Assembly (NCBI GenBank): GCA_963662265.2
Contig: CAXXHA010000013.1
Coordinates: 32,001 to 96,000, forward strand
DNA: 64,000 nucleotides
Reading direction: 5' to 3'
Origin: Spirochaetia bacterium
GTDB taxonomy: Bacteria; Spirochaetota; Spirochaetia; CADAEX01
The notes under the pieces are model-generated. The model was not told where the DNA came from. It searched no databases and was given only the letters and a program-made list of their open reading frames with translations. A program made the position numbers and the translations under genes. Shown one piece after another: positions 19,687-28,380 of the stretch (within the stretch, counting starts at the first letter, position 1; each line of letters begins with the position of its first letter).

Positions 19687-20403
19687 TTATCTTTTTACAG
19701 CATCAAGGTCGCCTGATATGGTCAGAATATTTCCTTTCAGTTCTGCCTTCAGAGTACCTTTCCAGTAATACATTGATTCAGGAGAAGCCCCGTCCTTGAA
19801 TATTTTACCTGTTTTTTTACCGCTTCCGGGAGCAACTTCTTTTCCTCCCGGTATAGAAGAATTCCAGACCTTTTTCCAGTCAACTTTATCTGCCATACCG
19901 TTTGAAGAGAAGTCTTTTGAAATAACCTGAGGTTTCCCTCTTGGAATGAATCCTATTGCTCTCTTTTCAAATGATCCGTCAGGCAGTGAGATGTTGCCGT
20001 TTCTATCTGTAATAATTTTATAAGCTGTCCCCCTGTGTGTATACTGTATTGTTATTACACCGTTTACATTTTTTGCATTAAGATTGTCGATTTTTGCCTG
20101 TTCAGAACCTGCAACACCGAAAAGAAAAAGTCCCCTCAATCCATCTGCAAGGGCATTTTTCCCTTTTACATCGTATCGATACGGCTGAAACATTTCTGTT
20201 GATTTTTTTATTGAAGCACCCGAGACAGCGTCATAGTGGTCTTTATCAGCTGCCATGTATCTTATAGGTCCTTTAAATGAAAAGTAACTTGTTTTTGTCT
20301 TGCCTGAAACATCTACCTGGTAATCTATTGAAAGATCAGCAGCAAAAACAAATCCTCCGAGCAGAAACATTAATAATACTGTTATCAGAATTTTATTTTT
20401 CAC
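19687..20403 (-). CDS. Exported hypothetical protein with a DAVSGAS flavinylation-type motif
   Basis: GTG start after GGAGG; signal peptide MKNKILITVLLMFLLGGFVFA; DAVSGAS encoded at 20212-20232. Confidence 0.75.
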   Translation of the reverse strand: MKNKILITVLLMFLLGGFVFAADLSIDYQVDVSGKTKTSYFSFKGPIRYMAADKDHYDAVSGASIKKSTEMFQPYRYDVKGKNALADGLRGLFLFGVAGSEQAKIDNLNAKNVNGVITIQYTHRGTAYKIITDRNGNISLPDGSFEKRAIGFIPRGKPQVISKDFSSNGMADKVDWKKVWNSSIPGGKEVAPGSGKKTGKIFKDGASPESMYYWKGTLKAELKGNILTISGDLDAVKR

Positions 20404-20442
20404 TTCTACAACCTCCATGATTTTTTGATTGTTGATAATAAA

Positions 20443-20471
20443 ATTATTCAACGATTATTGATATATGTCAA
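20443..20471 (-). promoter_or_regulatory. sigma70 promoter overlapped by an FNR/Crp-like dyad
   Basis: Minus strand TTGACA-17-AATAAT; TTGAT-ATAT-GTCAA at 20458-20471. Confidence 0.45.
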
Positions 20472-20621
20472 TTATTTTCCTATTATTTCTATAGGAATAA
20501 GGCTTAAATGTGTTAAATATACTGGACTTTTCATCCTTCGCATTTGATAATTATTATATTGAACTGTATCAGTTTAAAAATAATTGAATATTATGAAAAA
20601 GAAATTATATATGGAGGCTGT

Positions 20622-22817
20622 ATGGATACCAGGAAAATTGTAATACTTGGCGGCGGTTATGCCGGTATAGAGGCTGCCGGGAAACTATATAAACACTTCA
20701 GGAAAGACAAATCTGTTGAAATAACTGTAATTGACAGGAATACATATCATACACTCATGACAGAGCTGCATGAAGTTGCCGGTTCCAGGGTAGTCCCTGA
20801 TTCTGTGATGATAAGCTACGAAAGAATTTTTTCCGGAACAGATATAAAGCTTGTCAGTGATAATATAATTGGAATTGATTATGAGAAAAAGATACTTGTT
20901 TCTGATTTGAATCGTTATGAATATGATTATCTGATATTGGGAACAGGGGGTGCTCCTGAATTTTTTGATCTTCCCGGAATACAGGAAAATTCATTTTCTC
21001 TCTGGTCTCTTGAGGATGCAGTCAAAATCAGGGAGCATATTGAGGAGCAGTTCCGTCTTGCCGCAAAAGAACCTGATAAAGACAAAAGGGAAAAGATGCT
21101 GACATTCACGGTTGCAGGAGCAGGGTTTACAGGTATAGAGCTGATAGGCGAGATTGCAGAAAGAAAAGATATACTGTGCAGGAGATATCATATAGATGCA
21201 AGTTGTGTAAACCTGATTGTGATTGAAGCACTTGATTCGATTCTGCCGATTATTGAAGAAAATCTGAGAGCAAAAGCGTTTAAGTATATGAGAAAAAAGG
21301 GAATTCAGGTATTTCTCGGGAAAAGAATACTTGAAGTTTCAGATGGAAGCGTTGTTCTTGATGATGGGACAGAAATTGATGCAGGTACTTTTGTCTGGAC
21401 CTGTGGTATTCATGGATCTGAATTTACTTCCCGCATTGATATAGAAAAAGGGAGCGAAGCATTCGGTAAATGCAGCATTGCATCGGCAAGCGGAATACAC
21501 GGTATGAGCGGAAGCAGGTTTGAAGTAGATGAGATCAGGTTAGTGGCAAAGAGGGGGAGGATACTTGTCAATAAATTCATGCAGACTCCTGATCATCCTG
21601 ATATCTATGCTGTCGGTGATAATATGTGGTTTATTGAAGATGAAAAGCCCCTTCCCCAGATTGTTGAGACAGCACTTCAGACAGGTAAAACAGCAGCTGA
21701 AAATATAATTGCAGATATAAAAGGTCTGGAAAAGAAAGCCTTTAAATCAAACTATCACGGGTTCATGGTCTCAATAGGGAGCAGATATGCTGTTTCAAAT
21801 GCAGGAGGGCTGAAGCTTTCCGGTTTTTTTGCGATGGCTATGAAGCATATTGTCAATCTTCATTATCTTTTCGGTCTTGCCGGCCTGAATACTGTATGGG
21901 GGTACCTGAAACATGAGTTTTTCGATATGAAAGACAGGCGGACTTTTATCGGTGAACACCTTTCATGGAAGATTCAGGGTTGGTGGGGAGTTCCTCTCCG
22001 GCTCTGGCTGGGTATTATGTGGCTTGCCGAAGGTGCCAATAAGATTGGTGAGGGATGGCTCTCTTTTTCTTCAGGCTCAAAATCCGGATGGATGTTCAGC
22101 CCGGGAGTAATACAGAGAGGTGTTGAAGTTGCACCTGATGCAGTAGGTTCAGCGACAGGAGCAGCGGAAGGAGCGGCTGAGTATGCTGCAGATGTGGTAA
22201 CAGCAGCGACAGGAGCAGCGGAAGGAGCGGCTGAATATGCGGCAGATGCGGTAACCGCAGCGACAGGAGCAGCGGAAGGAGCGGCTGAATATGCGGCAGA
22301 TGTGGTAACCGCAGCGACAGGAGCAGCAGAAGGTGCTGTTGAAATAGCAGCAGATCATATTGCCTGGGCATTCGGTAAAATATGGGATACAGGCAAATCA
22401 ATTATTCCGTATGATTCCTTTATTGTTACATGGTTCAGGGAAACTTTCATGGATAACATGATGGCTTATATCAGTTATCCCCTGTTTCAGTTAATGATAG
22501 TTTCAGTTGAAATTGCTATAGGGCTTGCCCTTCTGGGCGGACTTTTTACATGGCTTGTAGCTGCAGGATCTATCGCAATGTGCGGTGTATTTATACTTTC
22601 CGGAATGTTCAGCTGGGATCAGCTCTGGTTTGTATTTGGAGCTTTTCTCCTTCTCGGCGGTGCAGGCAGGAGTTTCGGGTTTGATCACTGGGTAATGCCT
22701 TTTATTAAAAGACTGTGGAATGCTTCATCAATAGCCAGGAAAACTCATCTCTATATAAATGAACCTGTCAGCAGAAAGAAGGGTAAAATAAACAAGGCTG
22801 AAGGAAAAAATAAATAA
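20622..22817 (+). CDS. ndh2: Type II NADH dehydrogenase with C-terminal DoxX-like membrane domain (Ndh2/EET type)
   Basis: GGGYAG and GAGFTGIE Rossmann motifs, HTLMTELHEVAG, PQIVETALQT, then VPLRLWLGIMWLAEG...EIAIGLALLGGLFT...GAGRSFGFD; RBS GGAGG. Confidence 0.88.
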   Translation: MDTRKIVILGGGYAGIEAAGKLYKHFRKDKSVEITVIDRNTYHTLMTELHEVAGSRVVPDSVMISYERIFSGTDIKLVSDNIIGIDYEKKILVSDLNRYEYDYLILGTGGAPEFFDLPGIQENSFSLWSLEDAVKIREHIEEQFRLAAKEPDKDKREKMLTFTVAGAGFTGIELIGEIAERKDILCRRYHIDASCVNLIVIEALDSILPIIEENLRAKAFKYMRKKGIQVFLGKRILEVSDGSVVLDDGTEIDAGTFVWTCGIHGSEFTSRIDIEKGSEAFGKCSIASASGIHGMSGSRFEVDEIRLVAKRGRILVNKFMQTPDHPDIYAVGDNMWFIEDEKPLPQIVETALQTGKTAAENIIADIKGLEKKAFKSNYHGFMVSIGSRYAVSNAGGLKLSGFFAMAMKHIVNLHYLFGLAGLNTVWGYLKHEFFDMKDRRTFIGEHLSWKIQGWWGVPLRLWLGIMWLAEGANKIGEGWLSFSSGSKSGWMFSPGVIQRGVEVAPDAVGSATGAAEGAAEYAADVVTAATGAAEGAAEYAADAVTAATGAAEGAAEYAADVVTAATGAAEGAVEIAADHIAWAFGKIWDTGKSIIPYDSFIVTWFRETFMDNMMAYISYPLFQLMIVSVEIAIGLALLGGLFTWLVAAGSIAMCGVFILSGMFSWDQLWFVFGAFLLLGGAGRSFGFDHWVMPFIKRLWNASSIARKTHLYINEPVSRKKGKINKAEGKNK
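22137..22352 (+). repeat. 4 x 54-bp in-frame tandem repeat in ndh2 (DAVTAATGAAEGAAEYAA-type)
   Basis: GAT codons at 22137, 22191, 22245, 22299, 22353; units begin DAVGSAT, DVVTAAT, DAVTAAT, DVVTAAT. Confidence 0.95.
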
Positions 22818-22834
22818 ATACAAGGACTGGATAT

Positions 22835-23800
22835 TTGGTTAACGCAGTTTTAAACAGACTACATTTGGAAAAGGATCTTGAAAAGGTAAGGGAAGTAATC
22901 CTTTCTGCTTCTGATGATTCAATTCCTGTTGTCAGGGAATGTATTGAATCAATTGTTGCTTCAGGCGGGAAAATGCTCCGCCCTTTGTTTCTGATATTAT
23001 CATCCCGGATAGGGGGTGCTGACCCTGAGAGGGTCTACCGGCTTGCTGCTGGAATTGAGCTTCTTCATATATCTTCCCTTATTCATGATGATATTATTGA
23101 TAACTCCAGTAAAAGAAGGGGAATCCCCGCAGTACACAAAGTATATGGTGTAAAAAACGGAGTACTTCTGGGCGATTATTTTTTCTCACAAAGCATATCG
23201 CTTCTGACAGAAAAAATGATGATGGAAAACAGTTCTGCCGCTGCAAAGACTGTTTCGAGGATTTGTGAGAGCGAGATACTGCAGAATATTGAGAATGCGG
23301 AAAAAGACTTCAGGTTAAGGACTTATATAAGGCATATTACCGGGAAAACTGCTGTGCTTTTTATTCTCAGTTTCCATCTGGGAGCTGTTGAGGGGGGATG
23401 CTCAGGAGAGCTGCAGTCAGTATTCAGAAAGATCGGATATAATACCGGGATTGCTTTCCAGATTATAGACGACATACTTGATTTTACAGGCAGGGAAAAC
23501 AAGGTCGGAAAACCTGTGGGAAATGATCTGAGAAACGGAATTATAACTGCGCCTGCGATTTTTGCAGTACAGGAAGATCCTTCAATGGTTAATCTGCTGA
23601 GCTCTTCCAATCTCTTTAATAAAAGCAAAATAAATAAATTTATCAGTATGACAGTAAAGAACGGAGCAATTGGAAGATCCCGAAAACTGGCTTCCTCCTA
23701 CACTGACAGGGCAATAAAAGAGATAGGTAACCTGCCTGAAGGGAATGTTAAAACTGCACTACATGAACTTGTAAGCTCCCTTCTTGTCAGGGATTATTAA
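22835..23800 (+). CDS. Polyprenyl (heptaprenyl-type) diphosphate synthase, HepT/DmkB-like
   Basis: GGKMLRP, LIHDDIID...RRG, KTA, FQIIDDILD. Confidence 0.92.
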   Translation: MVNAVLNRLHLEKDLEKVREVILSASDDSIPVVRECIESIVASGGKMLRPLFLILSSRIGGADPERVYRLAAGIELLHISSLIHDDIIDNSSKRRGIPAVHKVYGVKNGVLLGDYFFSQSISLLTEKMMMENSSAAAKTVSRICESEILQNIENAEKDFRLRTYIRHITGKTAVLFILSFHLGAVEGGCSGELQSVFRKIGYNTGIAFQIIDDILDFTGRENKVGKPVGNDLRNGIITAPAIFAVQEDPSMVNLLSSSNLFNKSKINKFISMTVKNGAIGRSRKLASSYTDRAIKEIGNLPEGNVKTALHELVSSLLVRDY

Positions 23801-24000
23801 TTCAGGGAGACAGCTGTACAGGGTATTTCCCTCCTCTGTTTTTCTCTGAATAATTTTCAGTTTTATATACATGATCTTCAGCCAGTTTTTGTTTTTCAGT
23901 ATTTTCTGATTGATTTCAAAATTAGAAATAAGAACTGCTGGATTAATAAAAAATGAGCAGATATGTCTGTCATTTAATATTAAAAAGAAAGGAAAGATTT

Positions 24001-24654
24001 ATGAATATTTCAGATATAATCAATAAAAGGCATGCTGTTAAAAGTTTTGATCCTGACAGGACGATAGAGCTTGATAAAATAAAGCAGCTTGAAAAAATAT
24101 TAAGGCTCAGCCCTTCATCAGTAAATCTTCAGCCCTGGCATTATATTATTGCAGGTACACAAGAGGGAAAGAAGCTGATAGCGGAATCAGCAACAGGCCA
24201 GTTCGCATATAACAGGGATAAAATACTCAACGCTTCTCTTGTTGTTGTCTTCTGTTCAAAGAAATCTCTTGATGATGAATATCTTAAAGGATTGATTGAG
24301 CAGGAGGATAAGGACGGCAGGTTTAAAGATGACAGGGCAAGGGAAGTTCAGTATGGTGTTAAATCCGGTTTTTCAGATCTGCACCGTAAAGAATTCCATG
24401 ACCCGGAAGAGTGGATGAAGCGCCAGGTTTATCTTTCTGCCGGTTTTTTTCTCATGGGTGCAGCTTCCCTTGATATTGATACCTGTCCCATGGAGGGATT
24501 TGACAGCAGAAAGCTGGATAAGCTTCTCAGTTTAAATAAAAGGGGATTTGAATCTTCTGTTATTGTTGCTGCAGGATACAGAAGCAGCGATGATTTTAAC
24601 GCATCTCTGCCTAAATCCAGACTGCCTTCAGATTCAGTTATAACAAGGATCTGA
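24001..24654 (+). CDS. nfsB: Oxygen-insensitive NAD(P)H nitroreductase
   Basis: RHAVKSFDP, SPSSVNLQPWH, QVYL, PMEGFD, DDFNASLPKSRLP. Confidence 0.88.
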   Translation: MNISDIINKRHAVKSFDPDRTIELDKIKQLEKILRLSPSSVNLQPWHYIIAGTQEGKKLIAESATGQFAYNRDKILNASLVVVFCSKKSLDDEYLKGLIEQEDKDGRFKDDRAREVQYGVKSGFSDLHRKEFHDPEEWMKRQVYLSAGFFLMGAASLDIDTCPMEGFDSRKLDKLLSLNKRGFESSVIVAAGYRSSDDFNASLPKSRLPSDSVITRI

Positions 24655-24692
24655 AAAGCCGCTTTTACGGGAGACTTAAACAATACAATCTG

Positions 24693-25361
24693 TCAGATCA
24701 GACTGTTGAGCAGTTTTTTATCTTTTATTCTGATTCCGGGATATCCAGTACCAATTGCTTCTTCAGAAGCAAGTTCTTTCAATACCCTGTTGAGATGTCT
24801 GACTGATGTTCCCAGCATGGAAGCCAGGACCTCTTTTTCCGGTAGAATAATCACATTGCTGCTGCCTGATTCAGGACGAGTCATTATATAGAGTGCAAAT
24901 CTTGATTTTACCGGAAGAATATGGCCAAGTATCAATGAGGTTGAAAAGTAAAGTTTATCGACAAGCTGCTCAATAATAAATCTCAGAAAAACAGGATCTT
25001 CAAGACCGTGTTTCCTTACTTTATCCATTGGTATACCAAGAAGAACAGATGGTGCTGTTGTCATTACTGCAGTGGAGGCAGGATTGTTATTCAATATTTC
25101 CACATCCCCGAGTGCAGTAAGCGGTTTTGAGATTGCGACAACAGCCAGGGTCCCGTTTGCATTGTAATGAGCACATCTCAGTTCCCCTTCCACAAGGAGG
25201 TAGAACATTGGAATTTCTTCCTGCTCCGGGAAGATTGTTTTATAGGATTCAAATCTGTACATTTTCATGTTTTCAATGAGAACTGAGTTGAGAATATTTT
25301 TCAGACTGTATTTATCTGTATAATAATCAATTGTTTTGCCGGTGGTTTTCTCTTTTTCCAA
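24693..25361 (-). CDS. Crp/Fnr-family regulator (YeiL-like)
   Basis: cNMP-like domain (LVEG..., GDVE) and HTH LASMLGTSVRHLNRVL. Confidence 0.85.
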   Translation of the reverse strand: MEKEKTTGKTIDYYTDKYSLKNILNSVLIENMKMYRFESYKTIFPEQEEIPMFYLLVEGELRCAHYNANGTLAVVAISKPLTALGDVEILNNNPASTAVMTTAPSVLLGIPMDKVRKHGLEDPVFLRFIIEQLVDKLYFSTSLILGHILPVKSRFALYIMTRPESGSSNVIILPEKEVLASMLGTSVRHLNRVLKELASEEAIGTGYPGIRIKDKKLLNSLI

Positions 25362-25477
25362 TTTAATATTCTTCCCTTAAATATCTCCGGATTGTTCCGG
25401 TAGTTAAATATTACTGTTTCCCGCAGTTTTTACCTGTTCTGCTTTTTTCCACTATATCATTATAACAGAAGTCATAA

Positions 25478-25491
25478 AGGACAAATGTCCT
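25478..25491. promoter_or_regulatory. Palindromic operator, candidate site for the adjacent Crp-family regulator
   Basis: AGGACA-AA-TGTCCT in the divergent intergenic region. Confidence 0.5.
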
Positions 25492-25551
25492 GTATAAAGA
25501 AACGAGCTCCCTGTATATTCAAATTATAACTGCAGCAGGAGGCGGTTGGTA

Positions 25552-25869
25552 ATGTTTAGAAAAATACCATTATTTATATCTTTTATTATGGTGGAAAAGT
25601 CAGAGTCTGCGGAATCAGGTAATAAACTAGATAATAAACTAGATAATAAACTAGATAATAAACTAGATAATAAACTAGATAATAAACTAGATAATAAACT
25701 AGATAATAAACTAGATAATAAACTAGATAATAAACTAGATAATAAACTAGATAATCCTGCAGAACTGGACAGCGGAAAAAAATACTCCCATTATTCAGAT
25801 ATTGCAGAGGGAAATGCCCTGAATGATGCGGAACGGGAAGCAAAGTCATTGCTGTACAGGATGGTTTGA
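25552..25869 (+). CDS. Short hypothetical ORF with (NKLD)11 repeat; may be a gene remnant
   Basis: RBS AGGAGG, hydrophobic N-terminus MFRKIPLFISFIMV, repeat in frame. Confidence 0.35.
   Translation: MFRKIPLFISFIMVEKSESAESGNKLDNKLDNKLDNKLDNKLDNKLDNKLDNKLDNKLDNKLDNKLDNPAELDSGKKYSHYSDIAEGNALNDAEREAKSLLYRMV
25621..25755 (+). repeat. Perfect 12-bp tandem repeat (AATAAACTAGAT) x 11 plus partial copy
   Basis: 11 identical units at 25621-25752, then AAT. Confidence 0.97.
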
Positions 25870-25872
25870 TTT

Positions 25873-25902
25873 AAAAACAGCTGCCAGTTTTCAGGCAGCT
25901 GT
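25873..25902 (-). terminator. Terminator
   Basis: ACAGCTGCC...GGCAGCTGT preceded by an A-run (U-tract on minus strand). Confidence 0.7.
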
Positions 25903-25929
25903 GTGGTTTCTTTATTTAATATTAAAGAG

Positions 25930-26754
25930 TTATATTTTAATTCTGTTAATATTAATGCCTTCAGACTGGACTGCTCTTGAATATTTTATTCCCGGTTTTC
26001 CGAAGACAAGAACACCCCCTATAATGTGGTCTTCCGGAATTCCCAGCTTTTTCCTGAGGTAGGGAGCTATTTCTGTCAGTACCCATTTGACCATTCCGTT
26101 CCAGAGGGTTGCAATTCCTGATGCATTTGCTGCCAGTTCAAAGTAGCTCAGGGATATTATGCAGTCTTCCATGGCAGTTGTTGCTGATTCAGGGGCAGAT
26201 GCAATAACCATATGCGGCGCTCCGCGGAAAAGTACATCGATATTCTTTTTCAGCCACAGAACCTGGAATTTTGCAAGAAGAGGAAGGTTCCTGTTTTTAT
26301 TACCCCTGTCTGCTTCATCCCTGATTGCAGAATAGAAAAGTTCCTTTAATTTGTGGAAGTCCTCTTTGTTGTCAGACACGGAAAGCAGGACACTGTTGTC
26401 ATTGTGACCTGTCGGTGCATAGGAGGCAGATTCCAGAAGAGTACTGATCTGCTCATCTGTGAGATTTTCATCTTTGTATTTTCGTACAGATCTTCTGGTT
26501 TTTATCATCCTGTTCAGAAGATCCGGGTCAGGTAGTCTGTTTTCTACCGGCAGGCTTTCATCCGGATTCTTTCCGAATATGGATATAGCCCCTTCAGGGC
26601 AGACAGCCAGGCAGTGCTGGCACCTTATGCAGTGGTTTTCCTTACCATCTTTGAGGTAAGGGTATTCCCCCATTACAATTATCATTGACGGGCAGTCCTG
26701 GGCGCAGAGCCCGCATCCTGTGCATTTTTCTTCATTAATTTCAAAATCAAGCAT
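25930..26754 (-). CDS. Nitroreductase with N-terminal 2x[4Fe-4S] ferredoxin domain
   Basis: CTGCGLCAQDCP and CIRCQHCLAVCP; RRSVRKY; APTGHN. Confidence 0.92.
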   Translation of the reverse strand: MLDFEINEEKCTGCGLCAQDCPSMIIVMGEYPYLKDGKENHCIRCQHCLAVCPEGAISIFGKNPDESLPVENRLPDPDLLNRMIKTRRSVRKYKDENLTDEQISTLLESASYAPTGHNDNSVLLSVSDNKEDFHKLKELFYSAIRDEADRGNKNRNLPLLAKFQVLWLKKNIDVLFRGAPHMVIASAPESATTAMEDCIISLSYFELAANASGIATLWNGMVKWVLTEIAPYLRKKLGIPEDHIIGGVLVFGKPGIKYSRAVQSEGININRIKI

Positions 26755-27025
26755 GAAGAATATGATAATGTTTTTATTTTTCTTTTCAAGCATTATCAGG
26801 CTCTATTCGGATAAAAAAGACAGGGAGAGTATGCTGTTTAAGAATATCCAGGTTTTAAACCCCTTGTTGCCTCTGTTCTAAATACGTTTTCACACTGCAG
26901 CAGAGGGATTCCGCGGTTTGTGAATAATATGTTCAGTCAGGTTTTTGTTGATCAGACCTTCCGGCTTTTTGTGCCGGATGATACAGGGGGCATTATAAAA
27001 TGTTTTCAGTCGTTTTTGGATTAAT

Positions 27026-27463
27026 TTATACCCTCCGGCACCTTGTACAGCCGAGGACATGAAGGTGGTTTTTTCTCTTCGCAGTGCTGCCGTCAGGCAG
27101 GGGTTCAGCATTATTGACTATGAAATATCTGCCCATAACATAGCCGTTTAACGGGATTTCCTTTTTGCATACAGGGCATATCCGCTTTTCTGTCCCTCCC
27201 GGCGGTATGCAGTGGGGACAGCCGTATACTTCCATCAGTTTTTCAACACCGCCCGGATATCTGCCGTCAGATCCAGGTTTGACAGGATAGGTTGCTGATT
27301 TCACCTTTTCCCCTTTTTCCAGTCCTGAACCGCAGAGGGGGCAGAAGTTGCTGAATATATTCTCTTTTTCCTGCTTTTCCGGGTAATTCTGTTTCTGTAT
27401 TCTTGAAAAACTGATGAGTGCCAGCATTATTAGTATTAAAAGTGCAATTACAAGATATTCCAT
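27026..27463 (-). CDS. Membrane-anchored hypothetical protein with four CxxC pairs
   Basis: N-terminal TM helix; CPLC, CPHC, CPVC, CTRC. Confidence 0.7.
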   Translation of the reverse strand: MEYLVIALLILIMLALISFSRIQKQNYPEKQEKENIFSNFCPLCGSGLEKGEKVKSATYPVKPGSDGRYPGGVEKLMEVYGCPHCIPPGGTEKRICPVCKKEIPLNGYVMGRYFIVNNAEPLPDGSTAKRKNHLHVLGCTRCRRV

Positions 27464-27651
27464 TTGATTTATTATTCGGCATATTTGTGCACAGATATTA
27501 AATCAGAGCAGTCTTGTTTCCTTAATTATTGATGGATTCGGTATATTTATGATTCATATTAAAGCTGAAAGGCGTATTAAAGTTTTTTCTATTGCTGTAA
27601 ATCATTTTAAATATTAGAGTTTGTACAATAAACATTAAAAAGAGAATATTT

Positions 27652-28332
27652 ATGGGTAAATTATATATAGTTGCGACTCCGATAGGGAATCTTTCAGATA
27701 TCACATTCAGGGCTGTTGAAGTCCTTAAAGAGGTTGATGTTATTGCATGTGAGGATACCAGGCATTCATCAAAGCTTTTAAACCACTACGGGATTAAGAA
27801 GCAGCTGATAAGCTATTATGCAGCAAATGAAGCGCCGGGGATTGCTAAAATTATATCATTTCTGGAAAATGGCAAGGATGTTGCGTATGTAAGTGATGCC
27901 GGTACACCCGGGATAAGTGATCCGGGAAGCACTCTCGTCAGAAAAGTGCGTAAAGAGGGTTTTGAAATTGTTCCTGTACCGGGAGTTTCTGCAATGGCTG
28001 CTCTTATAAGTGTAAGCGGAGTTGCCGGGAGAGGCATTCTTTTTGACGGATTTCCTTCCCCGAAGAAGGGGAAAAGAAGGAAAAGGGTAAAAGAACTTCT
28101 TGAAAGGGATGAAAGTTTTATAATGTATGAATCTCCGTACAGGATTGTAAAGCTTCTTGAAGATATAAATGAGCTTGATTCTGAGCGGATTGTTGTCATT
28201 GGAAGGGAGCTAACCAAGAAGTTTGAGGAAATAATAACCGGAACAGCTTCTGAAATCCTTGACAATTTTTCCGGAAGGGGTAAAATTCAAGGTGAGTTCG
28301 TAATTATTGTAACTGAGAAAAAATATGATTAA
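27652..28332 (+). CDS. rsmI: 16S rRNA C1402 2'-O-methyltransferase
   Basis: LYIVATPIGNLSDIT, ACEDTR, VSDAGTPGISDPG, YESPYR, RELTKKFEE. Confidence 0.96.
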   Translation: MGKLYIVATPIGNLSDITFRAVEVLKEVDVIACEDTRHSSKLLNHYGIKKQLISYYAANEAPGIAKIISFLENGKDVAYVSDAGTPGISDPGSTLVRKVRKEGFEIVPVPGVSAMAALISVSGVAGRGILFDGFPSPKKGKRRKRVKELLERDESFIMYESPYRIVKLLEDINELDSERIVVIGRELTKKFEEIITGTASEILDNFSGRGKIQGEFVIIVTEKKYD

Positions 28333-28357
28333 ATTTCATGCAGATATATGACGATAT
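28330..28357 (+). promoter_or_regulatory. sigma28 (FliA) promoter of flgM
   Basis: TAAA-N16-GACGATAT vs consensus TAAA-N15/16-GCCGATAW. Confidence 0.75.
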
Positions 28358-28380
28358 TGTTAGTGTAAGGATGGTGAAGA

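Noticed and set aside
22096-22401. Cys-rich and Leu/Pro/His-rich repeat ORFs on the minus strand
   Set aside because: Antisense readings of the ndh2 54-bp repeat; no RBS or context for a RiPP or metallothionein
23953-23973. CAGATATGTCTG dyad before nfsB as a second Crp-family site
   Set aside because: Half-site spacing differs from the AGGACA-N2-TGTCCT palindrome
25621-25755. Tandem repeat as a CRISPR array
   Set aside because: 12-bp head-to-tail units with no spacers; no cas genes
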